NCBI GenBank assembly: GCA_031425655.1
Contig: JANPJS010000196.1
Span: 1 to 36,883 of the forward strand
DNA from: Abditibacteriaceae bacterium
Lineage (GTDB): Bacteria; Armatimonadota; Abditibacteriia; Abditibacteriales; Abditibacteriaceae
DNA: 36,883 bases
Direction of reading: 5' to 3'
Within the stretch, counting starts at the first letter, position 1; every line of letters begins with the position of its first letter. Made by a program: the position numbers and the translations under genes. The notes under the pieces were generated by a model. It saw only the letters and a list, made by a program, of their open reading frames with translations. It had not been told where the DNA came from and ran no database searches. Positions 16,906 to 27,145 of the stretch are shown here, in pieces.

Positions 16906-19481
16906 TCTTTCCAGATTTCCAGTTCGCTCACGCCACTGCGGGCTTTGTCTTTGTGTGTAAAAACCACACGCAATTTTGAAGTGACGACTTTATCGAAGCG
17001 CACGCTGTTTTGGGCGCTGCCGGTTGGCAGAGCCGGCGTTTTTATCTGGTTGGCGGCATCGCGCCATTCGCCACCAACAAAGACCTGCACATTGTAACTT
17101 TCAGGCGGCTGCACACCGCCTCGGTCATCGTAGATGTAAAGCTCAGCGCGCGCTATTTCTTTCGGAGTCCCGAAGTCCACTTCCAGCCAGTCGGTTGGTG
17201 CCGGAGAGCCGTAACTTGTCCAGCGGTTCACAGGGTTCGGCAAGAAATTGATCTTGCCGTCAATGGCACTTTTGGGCACACCGCCGTAAACATCGTGAAA
17301 TGAAGCGGTCGCTTTGGGAAAGTCAGTTCCTGCTGCGTTGTAGGCGACGTTACCGGGCGGAGGCGCGGGCGCGCTGTAAGGCAAGGCACCATCGCCCCAG
17401 GCCTCGATTTCGGAGAGGCCGGTAAAGCCGCCCGGCGCGTGGGTGAAGGCAACGCGCAGTCTGGTAATCTCGCGCGGCGCGAATTGCACCACATTGAAGC
17501 GATGGCCCATCGGCTGAGCGGGGGCGCGTTGCTGTCCGGGAATAGCCTGCCATGCTGTGCCGCTGAAGAATTCGAGTTCGTAACTTTGCGGCGCCACGAT
17601 TTCTTTGCCGTCATCCAAAAATGCCAGTTTCACGGTGTCTATGCGGCGCGGCATACCGAAATCTATTTCAAGCCAATCGGTTTTGTTGGGTGAGGCATTT
17701 GTCGTCCAGCGATTCGGCGGATGCACGGTATACCAATAGTTGCCGTCATTCACTTTGTTGAGCGGCGTTTTGGAATTAGTGAATGAGGCCGCAAGGCGCG
17801 GGAAATAATCGCCGTCGTTGTTCACGGCATAATTGAGACGAACAGGTTTGGCCGCTTGCCGTGGCACTGCGGGCAATTTCGCGGTGATTTTGCCAAGCGT
17901 TTTACGCGAAGCGATTCTTTTGCCGTTGATTAGCACCGTCAATCCTGCGCCTTTGCCGTAGCGCTTCCCGTCTTTATCCCAGATAATGCTGAGACGTTGT
18001 CCGCGATAAGGCACATCATCGAGTGCAAACCACGGCCATTCGGCAGGAGCCAGTGGGTCAATTTCAAGCACATTATCGGCACGGGGTTTCAGACCGACAA
18101 GGCCCGTAATAAGCAGATCATTAAAGCTGCTGTGAAAGTAATGCTCGCTGTGATTGTAAGCGTCGTGAAACTCAAAGGAGCCGGTATCGGGATGGAGCGC
18201 TTCGGCGAGATAAGGCTGGCCGTTTTTGCGATGCGACTGCGAAAATATCCGCAGCAGCTTCACATAATCGGCGCGTGTGACGACTTTTTGATCGTAGTTT
18301 TGCAGCAGGTTTGCCAGGGCTTTCAGCGTTTGAGAAGTGGCAAAAGGCCACGATTGGCCACTCCACCAGCAACAACCTTTGGCCAGCAAAAACTGCGGGT
18401 CGTTGCGCTCCAGCGTCGTCGGGCCAAACGGTGCATAAAAGTATTTTTCGTCCATCAAAAACTTCCAGGCCGATTCATAACCGGCATCCGGCAGATTGAA
18501 CTGCCACGGAATATAAGCGTGTAGTTCGCGCCCGTGCGGGTCACCTGCATATTTGCCCGACTGATAAGTTAAGGTGCCTTTTTTAACGACATTGCCGTCT
18601 TTGTCTTTTTCCTCACGATGCGACATCGGGAAAAAGAACTCGCGTTTTGGATCCCAGAGCAGCTTCTGTAGATTTGTTTTCAACGCCGCCGCTTTGCCTT
18701 CATAAATTCGTGCCGTTTCCGCATCGCCCGCCAGACGCGCAATACGCGCGATGGCCAAAGCATCCGCCCACATATACGCGTTAAAACCGGGACGATAACC
18801 GGGCGCGCCACGCAAAATGTCCGTCGTCTGGCGGCTGTTGATGTTGAACTCCATGCCGTCGTCGTGACCGTTTTGCCAGAACAAGCCCACTTCGGGAACG
18901 AACTGGCGCTTCTCCCAGCCTTCGTAGTTTTTCACCATGTCGGGCAGCAGATTTTTAACAAGAGCTTCATTGGGATGCACCAAGTTCGCGGCCCAGATAC
19001 CATCGGCCAACCAGGTTCCATAGTTGCGCGGCTGCGCGCCGGGCGTGCGGAACCAGTAGCGCGCATAATCGCGGGCATAAGCGGCATCGCGCAGCCAGCG
19101 CACTTCGTAAAACTGGTGCCCCGCCGGACAGCTAATCGCGCCGTAAGCGCCGCTCCAAAAGGGCCGGTCTATGAACTCGGTGAAGCTGTAGCCGCTGTTC
19201 GGCGACCCGTAAGTCAGGTGCTTTGTGATGAGTTCCCAGCGGTAATAGTAGGTCGTGACGATGTCGGCATCCGGGCACTCGAAAAACGGGATGTTCGATT
19301 TATACCAATCGAAATCGCGGTTATCCCAAAAGGTTTGAGCATCCAGTTGCTTTTGCTTATCGAGAAGTTGCGCTTGGGTTGGCATAGTGGTGCCCAGCGC
19401 AACGGCGCCCGCCAGAGCAGCGCCCTTCAAGATTCGTCCGGCGATGCTGCCCGACCAATTGCATTTAATTCTGTTATTCAT
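16902..19481 (-). CDS. (alpha/alpha)6 glycoside hydrolase (MGH1/GH63-like fold, GH142/GH121-like) with two F5/8-type C (discoidin/CBM32-like) domains
   Basis: NIPFFECPD...YYYRW, ISCPAGH...EVRWLRD, DDGME, CWWSGQSWP, YFHSSFNDL; two WLE(I/V)DFG discoidin repeats. Start at ATG 19481 after AGGA. Confidence 0.8.
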   Translation of the reverse strand: MNNRIKCNWSGSIAGRILKGAALAGAVALGTTMPTQAQLLDKQKQLDAQTFWDNRDFDWYKSNIPFFECPDADIVTTYYYRWELITKHLTYGSPNSGYSFTEFIDRPFWSGAYGAISCPAGHQFYEVRWLRDAAYARDYARYWFRTPGAQPRNYGTWLADGIWAANLVHPNEALVKNLLPDMVKNYEGWEKRQFVPEVGLFWQNGHDDGMEFNINSRQTTDILRGAPGYRPGFNAYMWADALAIARIARLAGDAETARIYEGKAAALKTNLQKLLWDPKREFFFPMSHREEKDKDGNVVKKGTLTYQSGKYAGDPHGRELHAYIPWQFNLPDAGYESAWKFLMDEKYFYAPFGPTTLERNDPQFLLAKGCCWWSGQSWPFATSQTLKALANLLQNYDQKVVTRADYVKLLRIFSQSHRKNGQPYLAEALHPDTGSFEFHDAYNHSEHYFHSSFNDLLITGLVGLKPRADNVLEIDPLAPAEWPWFALDDVPYRGQRLSIIWDKDGKRYGKGAGLTVLINGKRIASRKTLGKITAKLPAVPRQAAKPVRLNYAVNNDGDYFPRLAASFTNSKTPLNKVNDGNYWYTVHPPNRWTTNASPNKTDWLEIDFGMPRRIDTVKLAFLDDGKEIVAPQSYELEFFSGTAWQAIPGQQRAPAQPMGHRFNVVQFAPREITRLRVAFTHAPGGFTGLSEIEAWGDGALPYSAPAPPPGNVAYNAAGTDFPKATASFHDVYGGVPKSAIDGKINFLPNPVNRWTSYGSPAPTDWLEVDFGTPKEIARAELYIYDDRGGVQPPESYNVQVFVGGEWRDAANQIKTPALPTGSAQNSVRFDKVVTSKLRVVFTHKDKARSGVSELEIWKE

Positions 19482-19519
19482 AATCACTTTCCTGCTTCCC
19501 TGCCCTGCTGCGAAAACTC

Positions 19520-22500
19520 TTATTGGACTTCGGCCCACGTCACGCGCTTTTCGCCACTCACAATCCACACGCAGCCGCGCACCGCCACATCTTTGTCTTG
19601 CCACTGTTTATCAGTGGCGCCGGCCACGGCCTGCGTCATCACTTTGATCTGTGCGCCGCCATCGCTCAGCGTGTAGAAATCAGGCGCCACAGCAGTGATT
19701 TTTCCGCTCACCTTAACTAACGTTCCTTCGTCCTGCGCTGATAGATCAACAACTTTAAAGGGTTGATAGCCAGTCTTTGCAGAAACCGTCACCGTCTCCG
19801 CGCTGGAATAAGGCGTTTCGTTGCTCTGCGCTGACAGATCGCGCATCTTGAAGCGATAAACATAGTCGCCGGCGGGCAGCGGCGGAGTTTTAAAAACAGG
19901 CTGCGAAATCCAGCCGCTATCGGGGCCGCCGCCCTGCGCGCAATGGAAGAAATACTCCACCGGCTCGCTTTCGATAATTGGGCTGTCATTCTCGCCGCGC
20001 ACGCCACGCGCCTTCATAACCAGTGTGTTATCGAGCATCGCTAACGGATAGGTCTGCCACTCGCCAATGCGATAGCGCGCTGGCGCCGAGTCATCGCGCG
20101 CTATCGCACTTTGCGGCGCCGAAATTGGGCTGGGCGCGCCGCCCGCAACGCGCGCCTGCACCGTGTAGCTTTGCCGTGCGCCTGCGGTGACTTTATCGGT
20201 AAATGTCGGGCTGCTCTGCCACGCGCCGGGCGCGGCTTTATCGCGAGCGAAGCGATATTCCACATTTGGCGCATCAACTTTGGCCGCCGTCATACGAATC
20301 GAAGTGGCGTTTAAGCCGCGCGGGGCAATTGCAAACTTCGCCGTTGCAACTTTAGGTAGCGCGGGAATCGTCACGTTGACCGGCGTAGAAGCATAAACTG
20401 CGGGGTTATTCTTGCGGCGAATTTTGCAGATATACGAGTAAGTTTTGCCCGGCTCAACAGTGCAGTCCGTCCAGCGATTGGTGCTCATCCATCCGCTGTT
20501 GATACCACTTTTGTCTATGCGGCCAAAACGATATTCTACACCTTCAAGATTGGGCGGACGTTGTGCCGACATTACCACTGCTCCATCCACCTCGCGCGGC
20601 GTCTGCAAGAACTTAGGCATTATGGCAACGGGTGATTTCGCAGGCGGCGCCTCTTCAACCGGCACGGCGTTGCGGTTTTTTAAGGCTCCGGCTAATGTAG
20701 CGATAAGCGCTGGTTCTTGCGCAAGAGAATAGACGCGGAAATCTGAAATCAAGCCTTTGAAAAAGCCGCCGCGCGCGCCGCGTCCGAGAAAGGTCACCTC
20801 GTTGTTGCTTTGCGTGTTTGGCCCCAGCACCGCTTCGGGACGCAATGTGCTTTTGGTTTCGGCCATCGGTTCCCCATCCACATAAAGCGTGGTGGTATCG
20901 CCTTTGAAAGTCACTGCGATATGCGTCCAGCGGTTCAGCGGCAACGCATTTGGCGCACTGAGCGATTCCGTTGTCACGCCATCGCTTACAGAAAATTTCA
21001 ACTTCCCGCCAGCATCCTGTGGCGTGAGCGAAAGATATTTTTTGCCGCCGTCGCCAAAGTGCAAAAGCTCCTGACCCGCGCCACCTTCCCATTTGGCCCA
21101 CAGCGCATAAGTTGTTTCTTTGAAATCGGCCACGTCGCGGCGCAGTTCCACATATTGATTGACACCGTTAAGTTGTAGCGCGCCGGGCAGCTCTTTTTCA
21201 TCGAGTTTCACGGTGCGTGGCGCGCCCATCAGATAGCCGTGCAGCACGCCGAAATGATCGCGCGCATAAATTGGGCCGGGGCGATCAAAGCGAAAGTGGC
21301 AGTAGATGCCGCCGATGTCAGGCCGGCTATCCGCATATTTCTGGTCGGTGCCCCACACCCAACCGCTAAGCAGTTGTTTGGTAATGTTGGCGCCGTTGGC
21401 ACAGTCGCCTTCTTTAATGGCGTAGCCGCTTACTTTGGCGCCGCCAAAATCGGCAACTGCGCCTTTGATGGTGGCATTGCCGGAAGCCTCACCGCGATCC
21501 AGCAGAAAGGCACGTTCCAAAACGCGAGCATTTTCCGATAGCTTCCATGAACCTTGAACCGTCGCCCAATCGCGCACTTTGGCGTTGCCAGCAACTTCGG
21601 CACGTTCGCGCACCAAAGCATGGCCACTAAGAAGAGCGTTGTCTTTTACAACAGCGTTTTCCATAGCTGCCGCAAAATCTTCAAGGCGCGCGTTGCCCTG
21701 CACCTGCGCGTTGCCTAATACCATCGCGTCTGGGCCAATATAAGCCGTGGGCGCCACTTTGGCGCTGTCCGCCACAAAACCGCCGCCGTTGGGATGTGCT
21801 TTACCTGCCACATTGGGCCGCGCCGGCTTCGATTCATAAGGCCCGGCTTTGGTATTGAGGAAAGCGACTTCATAAGCCTGCGGCGATAATGGCAAATCGG
21901 AAATCAGAGGATGTGAAAAGCCCTCGTAAGGCATGAAATCGGGCGTGGCCGCCACACAAAGATAAAGCCGATTTTCATCGCTGGAAAGCGTAATAGTGTT
22001 TACGCCGCCATTCCACGTCGCGCTGTAGCGGGACTCGCCATTGTCATTGACCGCTACCAGTGTCGCGCGCCAATCGGAGCGGCGCTGCACATCCCACAGA
22101 GGCTTGAAATCTATAGAAACCGCGTAACCGCCACCGTTTTTGCCGTTGAGCGCGATGGGCAGGACGTTGAAGCCACCCTGCATCGGCGCGTGCGCGAAAG
22201 GCACACGATACCACTTCGTATCGCCCTGACGGCGCAGCAATTCGGTGTAGGCGCGGCGATAGATTTCTGTAAAGGGGTCACTGGTGCGCGGGCTGTGTTT
22301 TTGAAAATACACCTGCCGCTCGTAATCCCACATCACATTGCGCGCCGACATTTTGCCGATAGCATCTTTGGTGGCGTTGTAAGAATCGGGCGCGTGCGCG
22401 GTGTCGAGACGCGCGACGGCATCCCAGAAATATTCAGCGCCTTTTTGCTTGTTGCCCTTAGCGCCTTTCCACAGCTTGCCGTAAAAGCCAGGGCCGTAAG

Positions 22501-23221
22501 CCGGGGTTTCGCGGAAGTATTCGTAGATCTGCCAGCAGTCGTAGTAGTTGCGGCCATGCGGCAGCGAAAGAAACGGCTGCGTGCCAACAGCGCCAGGGCC
22601 GGAATAGGAGTTGATAAATTGAAGCTGCACCCAGTTGGCGCTGGCCTCGTGCCACATCCCATCCCACGGCGTATCGTTGAAGCCGCCCATGTTGATCATC
22701 GCCGTATGCCCGTATTCATGCGGCGTGGCGCCCGACGGCGGATCGAAGGCCAGATAGGTCGGCGGGAGGGCGAAAATCGGATAACCCCAGTCATCCATCG
22801 AACCCCACGCACCACCGGCCCAGATGCCGGTGTTGTTCATCATCAGGTTGACGCGCTGCCTCTTGGCCTTCGTATCGGAGATGGCCGAGCCGCCAACTGT
22901 GGGAATACCCAGCCCGCCCTGCTCGACGGGGGCGTGATAAAGCCGCCAGACGCGCTCCAGCATTTGCAGATTGCCCTGCGCGATTTGCTCCGTCACGCGA
23001 CCGAAATCAGCGTTTTCGTTGGCGTTCTTGGCGACGCCTTTGCCCCAGAAGATGCGAAAATGCTCTGACCTTCGAAAGTTATATTGCGGATCGTCGCTTT
23101 TGAACTTGCGCTCGTTATCCTGCCAGAGAAGATTGGCATCCGGCGCATCCTGTGCATCTTGCGCCAGGACTGGTAAGCCGCTGAGCGCATTCAAAAGGGC
23201 CAACAAAACAAATCGTTTCAT
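19520..23221 (-). CDS. Svx/AvrXca-like (DUF6055) secreted metallopeptidase with left-handed beta-helix, LamG, three Fn3-like repeats and a C-terminal OB-fold-like domain
   Basis: SEHFRIFWG, HEYGH (22706-22720) then WHEASANW; HPNGGGFVADSAKVAPTAYIGPDA hexapeptide repeats; WTHIAVT..LYVDG (LamG); three VEY(R/F)F...W modules. Confidence 0.78.
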   Translation of the reverse strand: MKRFVLLALLNALSGLPVLAQDAQDAPDANLLWQDNERKFKSDDPQYNFRRSEHFRIFWGKGVAKNANENADFGRVTEQIAQGNLQMLERVWRLYHAPVEQGGLGIPTVGGSAISDTKAKRQRVNLMMNNTGIWAGGAWGSMDDWGYPIFALPPTYLAFDPPSGATPHEYGHTAMINMGGFNDTPWDGMWHEASANWVQLQFINSYSGPGAVGTQPFLSLPHGRNYYDCWQIYEYFRETPAYGPGFYGKLWKGAKGNKQKGAEYFWDAVARLDTAHAPDSYNATKDAIGKMSARNVMWDYERQVYFQKHSPRTSDPFTEIYRRAYTELLRRQGDTKWYRVPFAHAPMQGGFNVLPIALNGKNGGGYAVSIDFKPLWDVQRRSDWRATLVAVNDNGESRYSATWNGGVNTITLSSDENRLYLCVAATPDFMPYEGFSHPLISDLPLSPQAYEVAFLNTKAGPYESKPARPNVAGKAHPNGGGFVADSAKVAPTAYIGPDAMVLGNAQVQGNARLEDFAAAMENAVVKDNALLSGHALVRERAEVAGNAKVRDWATVQGSWKLSENARVLERAFLLDRGEASGNATIKGAVADFGGAKVSGYAIKEGDCANGANITKQLLSGWVWGTDQKYADSRPDIGGIYCHFRFDRPGPIYARDHFGVLHGYLMGAPRTVKLDEKELPGALQLNGVNQYVELRRDVADFKETTYALWAKWEGGAGQELLHFGDGGKKYLSLTPQDAGGKLKFSVSDGVTTESLSAPNALPLNRWTHIAVTFKGDTTTLYVDGEPMAETKSTLRPEAVLGPNTQSNNEVTFLGRGARGGFFKGLISDFRVYSLAQEPALIATLAGALKNRNAVPVEEAPPAKSPVAIMPKFLQTPREVDGAVVMSAQRPPNLEGVEYRFGRIDKSGINSGWMSTNRWTDCTVEPGKTYSYICKIRRKNNPAVYASTPVNVTIPALPKVATAKFAIAPRGLNATSIRMTAAKVDAPNVEYRFARDKAAPGAWQSSPTFTDKVTAGARQSYTVQARVAGGAPSPISAPQSAIARDDSAPARYRIGEWQTYPLAMLDNTLVMKARGVRGENDSPIIESEPVEYFFHCAQGGGPDSGWISQPVFKTPPLPAGDYVYRFKMRDLSAQSNETPYSSAETVTVSAKTGYQPFKVVDLSAQDEGTLVKVSGKITAVAPDFYTLSDGGAQIKVMTQAVAGATDKQWQDKDVAVRGCVWIVSGEKRVTWAEVQ

Positions 23222-23247
23222 ATTCGGTCTCCAGAACTCTCTTTCAA

Positions 23248-25851
23248 TTACTTCTTTTTGGCCGGAATCCTTATTACATTCACCGAATAGGGCGGCAGCG
23301 TCACACTCAACTGCGGCGCGACGGCAAGAGGAGGCAGTTGCTGCGGCACGATACGGCGCGGGTTGTCGAGTGAGTTCTCGTCATCGGGCCTGGCCGAACT
23401 GATAACCGTGTGTTGCGCTGTGCCGCCCATCGTGCCGCCATCGAGTTGGATTTCGGCACGCATAGGCTGCGAGAAATAATTGGTGGCGCGCAACACCACA
23501 GTGCCGTTTTTGTGGTCATAGCCGGCGTTGGCGAAGAACTGCGGCAGATATTCGGCGCTTGCGTCCGATACCGCCTTGCCGTCGAGGAACATTTCAGCTT
23601 TGTTGCGGCTCAGCACAAGGCTGATCTCATACCAGCGCTGGTCTTCGATTTTGCCCGGCGTATTTTTGCCGCCGCGAAAGGCCGCGCCTTCGGGCTGCCC
23701 GCGATCTTGAATCGCCGAAAATGTGTTGCCCGCCGCGCCATAATTGCAAAACAGGAAGCGGTTGATGTCGGAGGCGTTGAAAAACATCAAAAAGCCCTCG
23801 GCGCCGCCCACACGACGCGCTTTGACTGTTATTCTTCCGGTCTTAAACTCCGGCGTTTTGAGAAGTAGCATCGCCGGGCTGTGACCGTTTTCGCTCTGAC
23901 GCAAAACGCCGTCCTGCACCTGCCATTTACCGATACCGGGCGTTTGACAGTTATCGAGATTCGCAAAATCGTCGCTGTAGACCAGCTTGTTTTGCTCGTC
24001 GTAAACGCGCAGTTCCTTGAACTCGGTTTGCGTGTTCCACGCGCCAAGACCGAACTGGCCGGCCATCAAGGGGCGCGTCGCGTCTGGTTTAGGCTGCACT
24101 TCGACGCCCGTCGCAAGGTTTACGTCGGGACGGGTTTCGTTGAAAAGTTTCTGCACATAATACGAAGCGTGCGCGAAGCTGCGGGCGCTGTCGAATTCAA
24201 TAAGATTCACGCCCCAATCTCGCTTGTTGACGTTCGCCAACAGCGGCGCATAAGAAGCCAGTTTCACCAGATCACCATTGCGTTCCAGCATCATCAAATA
24301 CACCGAATCATCCATCGCCGCGCTCCAATCGCCGGAGTTGTGGTGGTGCGCGTATTCCCCGACGTAGACAGTCCATGGGGTGCGCTTGTATTTGTCGAAA
24401 TAATCGAAGTTGGTGCGAATCCAACCGGATGGTTTGTAGGAGTGCTCGTCCACCATGTCGATGTTGGCATCACCGGCACGATCAATGGCGCCTTGATTGA
24501 GGCCGCTCCAAAACATACTCATTATGACGGTGATGTGCGGATATTTCGCTTTGATCGCGCTGCGAAACTTCACATAGTAGTCGCCGTAAAGCGCGGGAGG
24601 ATGTTCGTTGCCGATTTCCACATATTTCAAGGGAAATGGGCGGGGATGGCCCATTTTTGCGCGCACTGTTCCCCATTTGCTGTTGACCGGCCCAATGGCG
24701 TATTCGATGGCGTCCAGAGTTTGCTGGATCACCGGTCCGATATCGCCGAGCGGAACGTTATTTTCGGGATGCGCTGTCATGCCCGCAAAAGCAACATACA
24801 TGGCGTCGGACTTGATATCTTCGCAGAACTGCAAAAACTCGTGATATCCAAAACCGTCGGTGGAGCGGTAGCCCCAGTAACCCCACTGGCCGGGACGTTC
24901 CTTTGGCGGCGCCACCATGGTGCGCCAGTCGGGTGCCTGCTCCCATGAAAAACCTTCGACATAGCACCCTCCGGGGTAACGCACGAACGAGGGCTTGTAA
25001 TCTTCAAGATACTGCGCCAGGTCGCCGCGCAGTCCGTTCGATTGATTTTTGTAGGTCGGCCCAAACAGCGAAACCCAATCTACCTGCAATGCGCCCTTAC
25101 CACGAAACGACAAGACCAGGCGCCCTTTACCATCGGTGCCGCTGGCCCTGAGCGCCGCCTTTAAGCGCTTCCACTTCGCGCCGGGTTTGATTTTGCCTAT
25201 GTCCTGGCTGGCTAAGACCTTGCCGTTGGCACTTTCCAGCGAAGCCACGACCTGGCCCGCGAAGGTTGCGGAGCGGAGGTGAAATTCCAGGTTATAGGTA
25301 GTGCCGGCCTGCACATTGATGCCCCAGTAGCCGCTGTTGACCAGCGCCACACGTCCGGCAGCGGCATTTATCGTAAGCGCCAGGGAACGACTCGATGCTT
25401 TGTTCATCGGGTTGGCATCGGTGATGTTCATTTCGCCCTGCGCGCCGCCCTCATTTTGCAGCGACCAGCCCAGGAGCGCCCGTTGGGGATCCCATCCCAT
25501 GCCCATGTGCCAGGGCCATGGCATATCCCATTTTTCCTTAGGAACACCGGGGGGCAGCTTTTCCAACTCCATTTTGAGCGTGCCGTCGTCTTTTTTGACC
25601 AACTTTAAACCGGGCGGCAGCACGCCTTCTTCAAAGCTGCGATTCTGAATCAGTTCGCCATAAAGGCCGCCATCAAAGGCATGGCTGATCTCCTCCAGGA
25701 AAATGCCGTAAAGTGTGGGAGGAACCGGCGCTTTTTGTTGCTGCAAATTCACACGAACCGCCACCGAAGGCGCCTGTGCGAGGGCAAAATCAGGAGCGGC
25801 ATATGGTAACACCAAAGCCGTGGAGCACAGCATAAGAACAGGGAACTTCAT
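23248..25851 (-). CDS. Alpha-L-arabinofuranosidase (GH51)
   Basis: YGIFLEEISHAFDGGLYGELIQNRSFE, RYPGGC, EIGNE, DEHSY, YVGEYA, ASYAPLL; inserted beta-sandwich in the C-terminal domain. Confidence 0.93.
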   Translation of the reverse strand: MKFPVLMLCSTALVLPYAAPDFALAQAPSVAVRVNLQQQKAPVPPTLYGIFLEEISHAFDGGLYGELIQNRSFEEGVLPPGLKLVKKDDGTLKMELEKLPPGVPKEKWDMPWPWHMGMGWDPQRALLGWSLQNEGGAQGEMNITDANPMNKASSRSLALTINAAAGRVALVNSGYWGINVQAGTTYNLEFHLRSATFAGQVVASLESANGKVLASQDIGKIKPGAKWKRLKAALRASGTDGKGRLVLSFRGKGALQVDWVSLFGPTYKNQSNGLRGDLAQYLEDYKPSFVRYPGGCYVEGFSWEQAPDWRTMVAPPKERPGQWGYWGYRSTDGFGYHEFLQFCEDIKSDAMYVAFAGMTAHPENNVPLGDIGPVIQQTLDAIEYAIGPVNSKWGTVRAKMGHPRPFPLKYVEIGNEHPPALYGDYYVKFRSAIKAKYPHITVIMSMFWSGLNQGAIDRAGDANIDMVDEHSYKPSGWIRTNFDYFDKYKRTPWTVYVGEYAHHHNSGDWSAAMDDSVYLMMLERNGDLVKLASYAPLLANVNKRDWGVNLIEFDSARSFAHASYYVQKLFNETRPDVNLATGVEVQPKPDATRPLMAGQFGLGAWNTQTEFKELRVYDEQNKLVYSDDFANLDNCQTPGIGKWQVQDGVLRQSENGHSPAMLLLKTPEFKTGRITVKARRVGGAEGFLMFFNASDINRFLFCNYGAAGNTFSAIQDRGQPEGAAFRGGKNTPGKIEDQRWYEISLVLSRNKAEMFLDGKAVSDASAEYLPQFFANAGYDHKNGTVVLRATNYFSQPMRAEIQLDGGTMGGTAQHTVISSARPDDENSLDNPRRIVPQQLPPLAVAPQLSVTLPPYSVNVIRIPAKKK

Positions 25852-25898
25852 AAGAGGTTATCCGGTGAAACGTTGAAACTTCTGAGGTGCGTCAGCTT

Positions 25899-26975
25899 TT
25901 AAGCGGTTGTGTTCAAAGCGAACTTCCACAGTTGCGGTGTCCAGTCGCCGCTTTGCCAGCCGTCCCTGGTGGCGAACTCGCGCACACGCAATTCCTTCGC
26001 ATCAATTTCGATGTGAAGGAAAGCCTGCGTCGGGCCACCAAAATGGCCGGCGTTATCGGCGTTTAAAAACGGCACGCCCTCAGCGGCGCGTTCATCTCTG
26101 GTGCCGTTCCAGCGCGCAATTTTTCGCACGTGCGTGTGGCCGCAGAGCGTTGCAGCGACACGATACGGCTTTATGGTCTGGTAAAAAGCCTGCGCATCGC
26201 CGTAATCCCACTCGTTATGGATGACTTTGTCGTCGGGCACCGCTTCGGAATAACGATGCACGTCCACGTGATGCACAAGGACAATCGGGCGACCGCTGGT
26301 GCCGACATGCTCGGCCAAATCTTGTCGCAGAAATGGCAGGCTTCCAAGAGGTGCATAACGGCGCTTGCGGGTTATTTCGGGTGCGTCACCTACGGTAATT
26401 CCCAGTGCGACGAAATGCACGCCGGCCCAATCCCACGAATAGTGCAGGCCGTTTTCGGAAATGTTAACTAAGCCTTTGCGGCGCTTGTTGCGCGCTTTGA
26501 TTTCGGGAATCACTTCGCCGCCACCGTGCGGGCTATCATGGTTGCCATGCACTTCGCGCACCGGCCAGCGCAGCTTGCCATCGCCGCCGTTTAGTCCATA
26601 ATCCGCCAGAAATGCAGCCAGTTCGGTCGGCACCATCTTCAATTTCGGCCCGCCCTTATCGCCGTTATCTATGATGTCGCCATCATGGACAACGCCATGT
26701 GGAATCGGAACGATGCCGCTACCGGCAGCAGCGGAGATAGCGGTTCCCGGCAGTTTGTTAAGCCATTCAACAAGCCGCGCGTTATAGAGAACTGAAGTCT
26801 CATTCATCTTAGAAAAATCAGCCTCATCGGCGCAGTAGTGCGTGTCACCAACTAAGAAAAACGAAGCGATATCAGGCGAAGGGCTTAAGCTCTCATCGGC
26901 AAAGGCACGAACAGGCAAACCAAGGGCAGCAGCAGCGAGCGCAGCGTCGCAGATAAATTGACGGCGTGTTGACAT
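25899..26975 (-). CDS. Calcineurin-like metallophosphoesterase with a Tat signal
   Basis: STRRQFI twin-arginine signal; GDTH, GDIIDNG, GNHD, HH, GHTH motifs. Confidence 0.88.
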   Translation of the reverse strand: MSTRRQFICDAALAAAALGLPVRAFADESLSPSPDIASFFLVGDTHYCADEADFSKMNETSVLYNARLVEWLNKLPGTAISAAAGSGIVPIPHGVVHDGDIIDNGDKGGPKLKMVPTELAAFLADYGLNGGDGKLRWPVREVHGNHDSPHGGGEVIPEIKARNKRRKGLVNISENGLHYSWDWAGVHFVALGITVGDAPEITRKRRYAPLGSLPFLRQDLAEHVGTSGRPIVLVHHVDVHRYSEAVPDDKVIHNEWDYGDAQAFYQTIKPYRVAATLCGHTHVRKIARWNGTRDERAAEGVPFLNADNAGHFGGPTQAFLHIEIDAKELRVREFATRDGWQSGDWTPQLWKFALNTTA

Positions 26976-27039
26976 GATTTTGCGGTTAACGGAGCGGTGA
27001 ACCGATGCATCGGGATACATCGGGATGCAACCTTGCCGC

Positions 27040-27145
27040 AGCCTCCATTTTGAGCGGTATTTGCAGTATATTCTTAATTTCGTTAGGTCTTCTTGCAGTT
27101 TTTAACACATTTCTTGCTTTATCCTCTTGAAAACTTTCATTTTTT
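27040..27145. promoter_or_regulatory. AT-rich divergent promoter region with candidate AraC-type direct repeats
   Basis: TTCTTGC at 27090 and 27111 (21-bp period) and TTGCAGT at 27061 and 27093, between the divergent AraC gene and the enzyme cluster. Confidence 0.4.
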
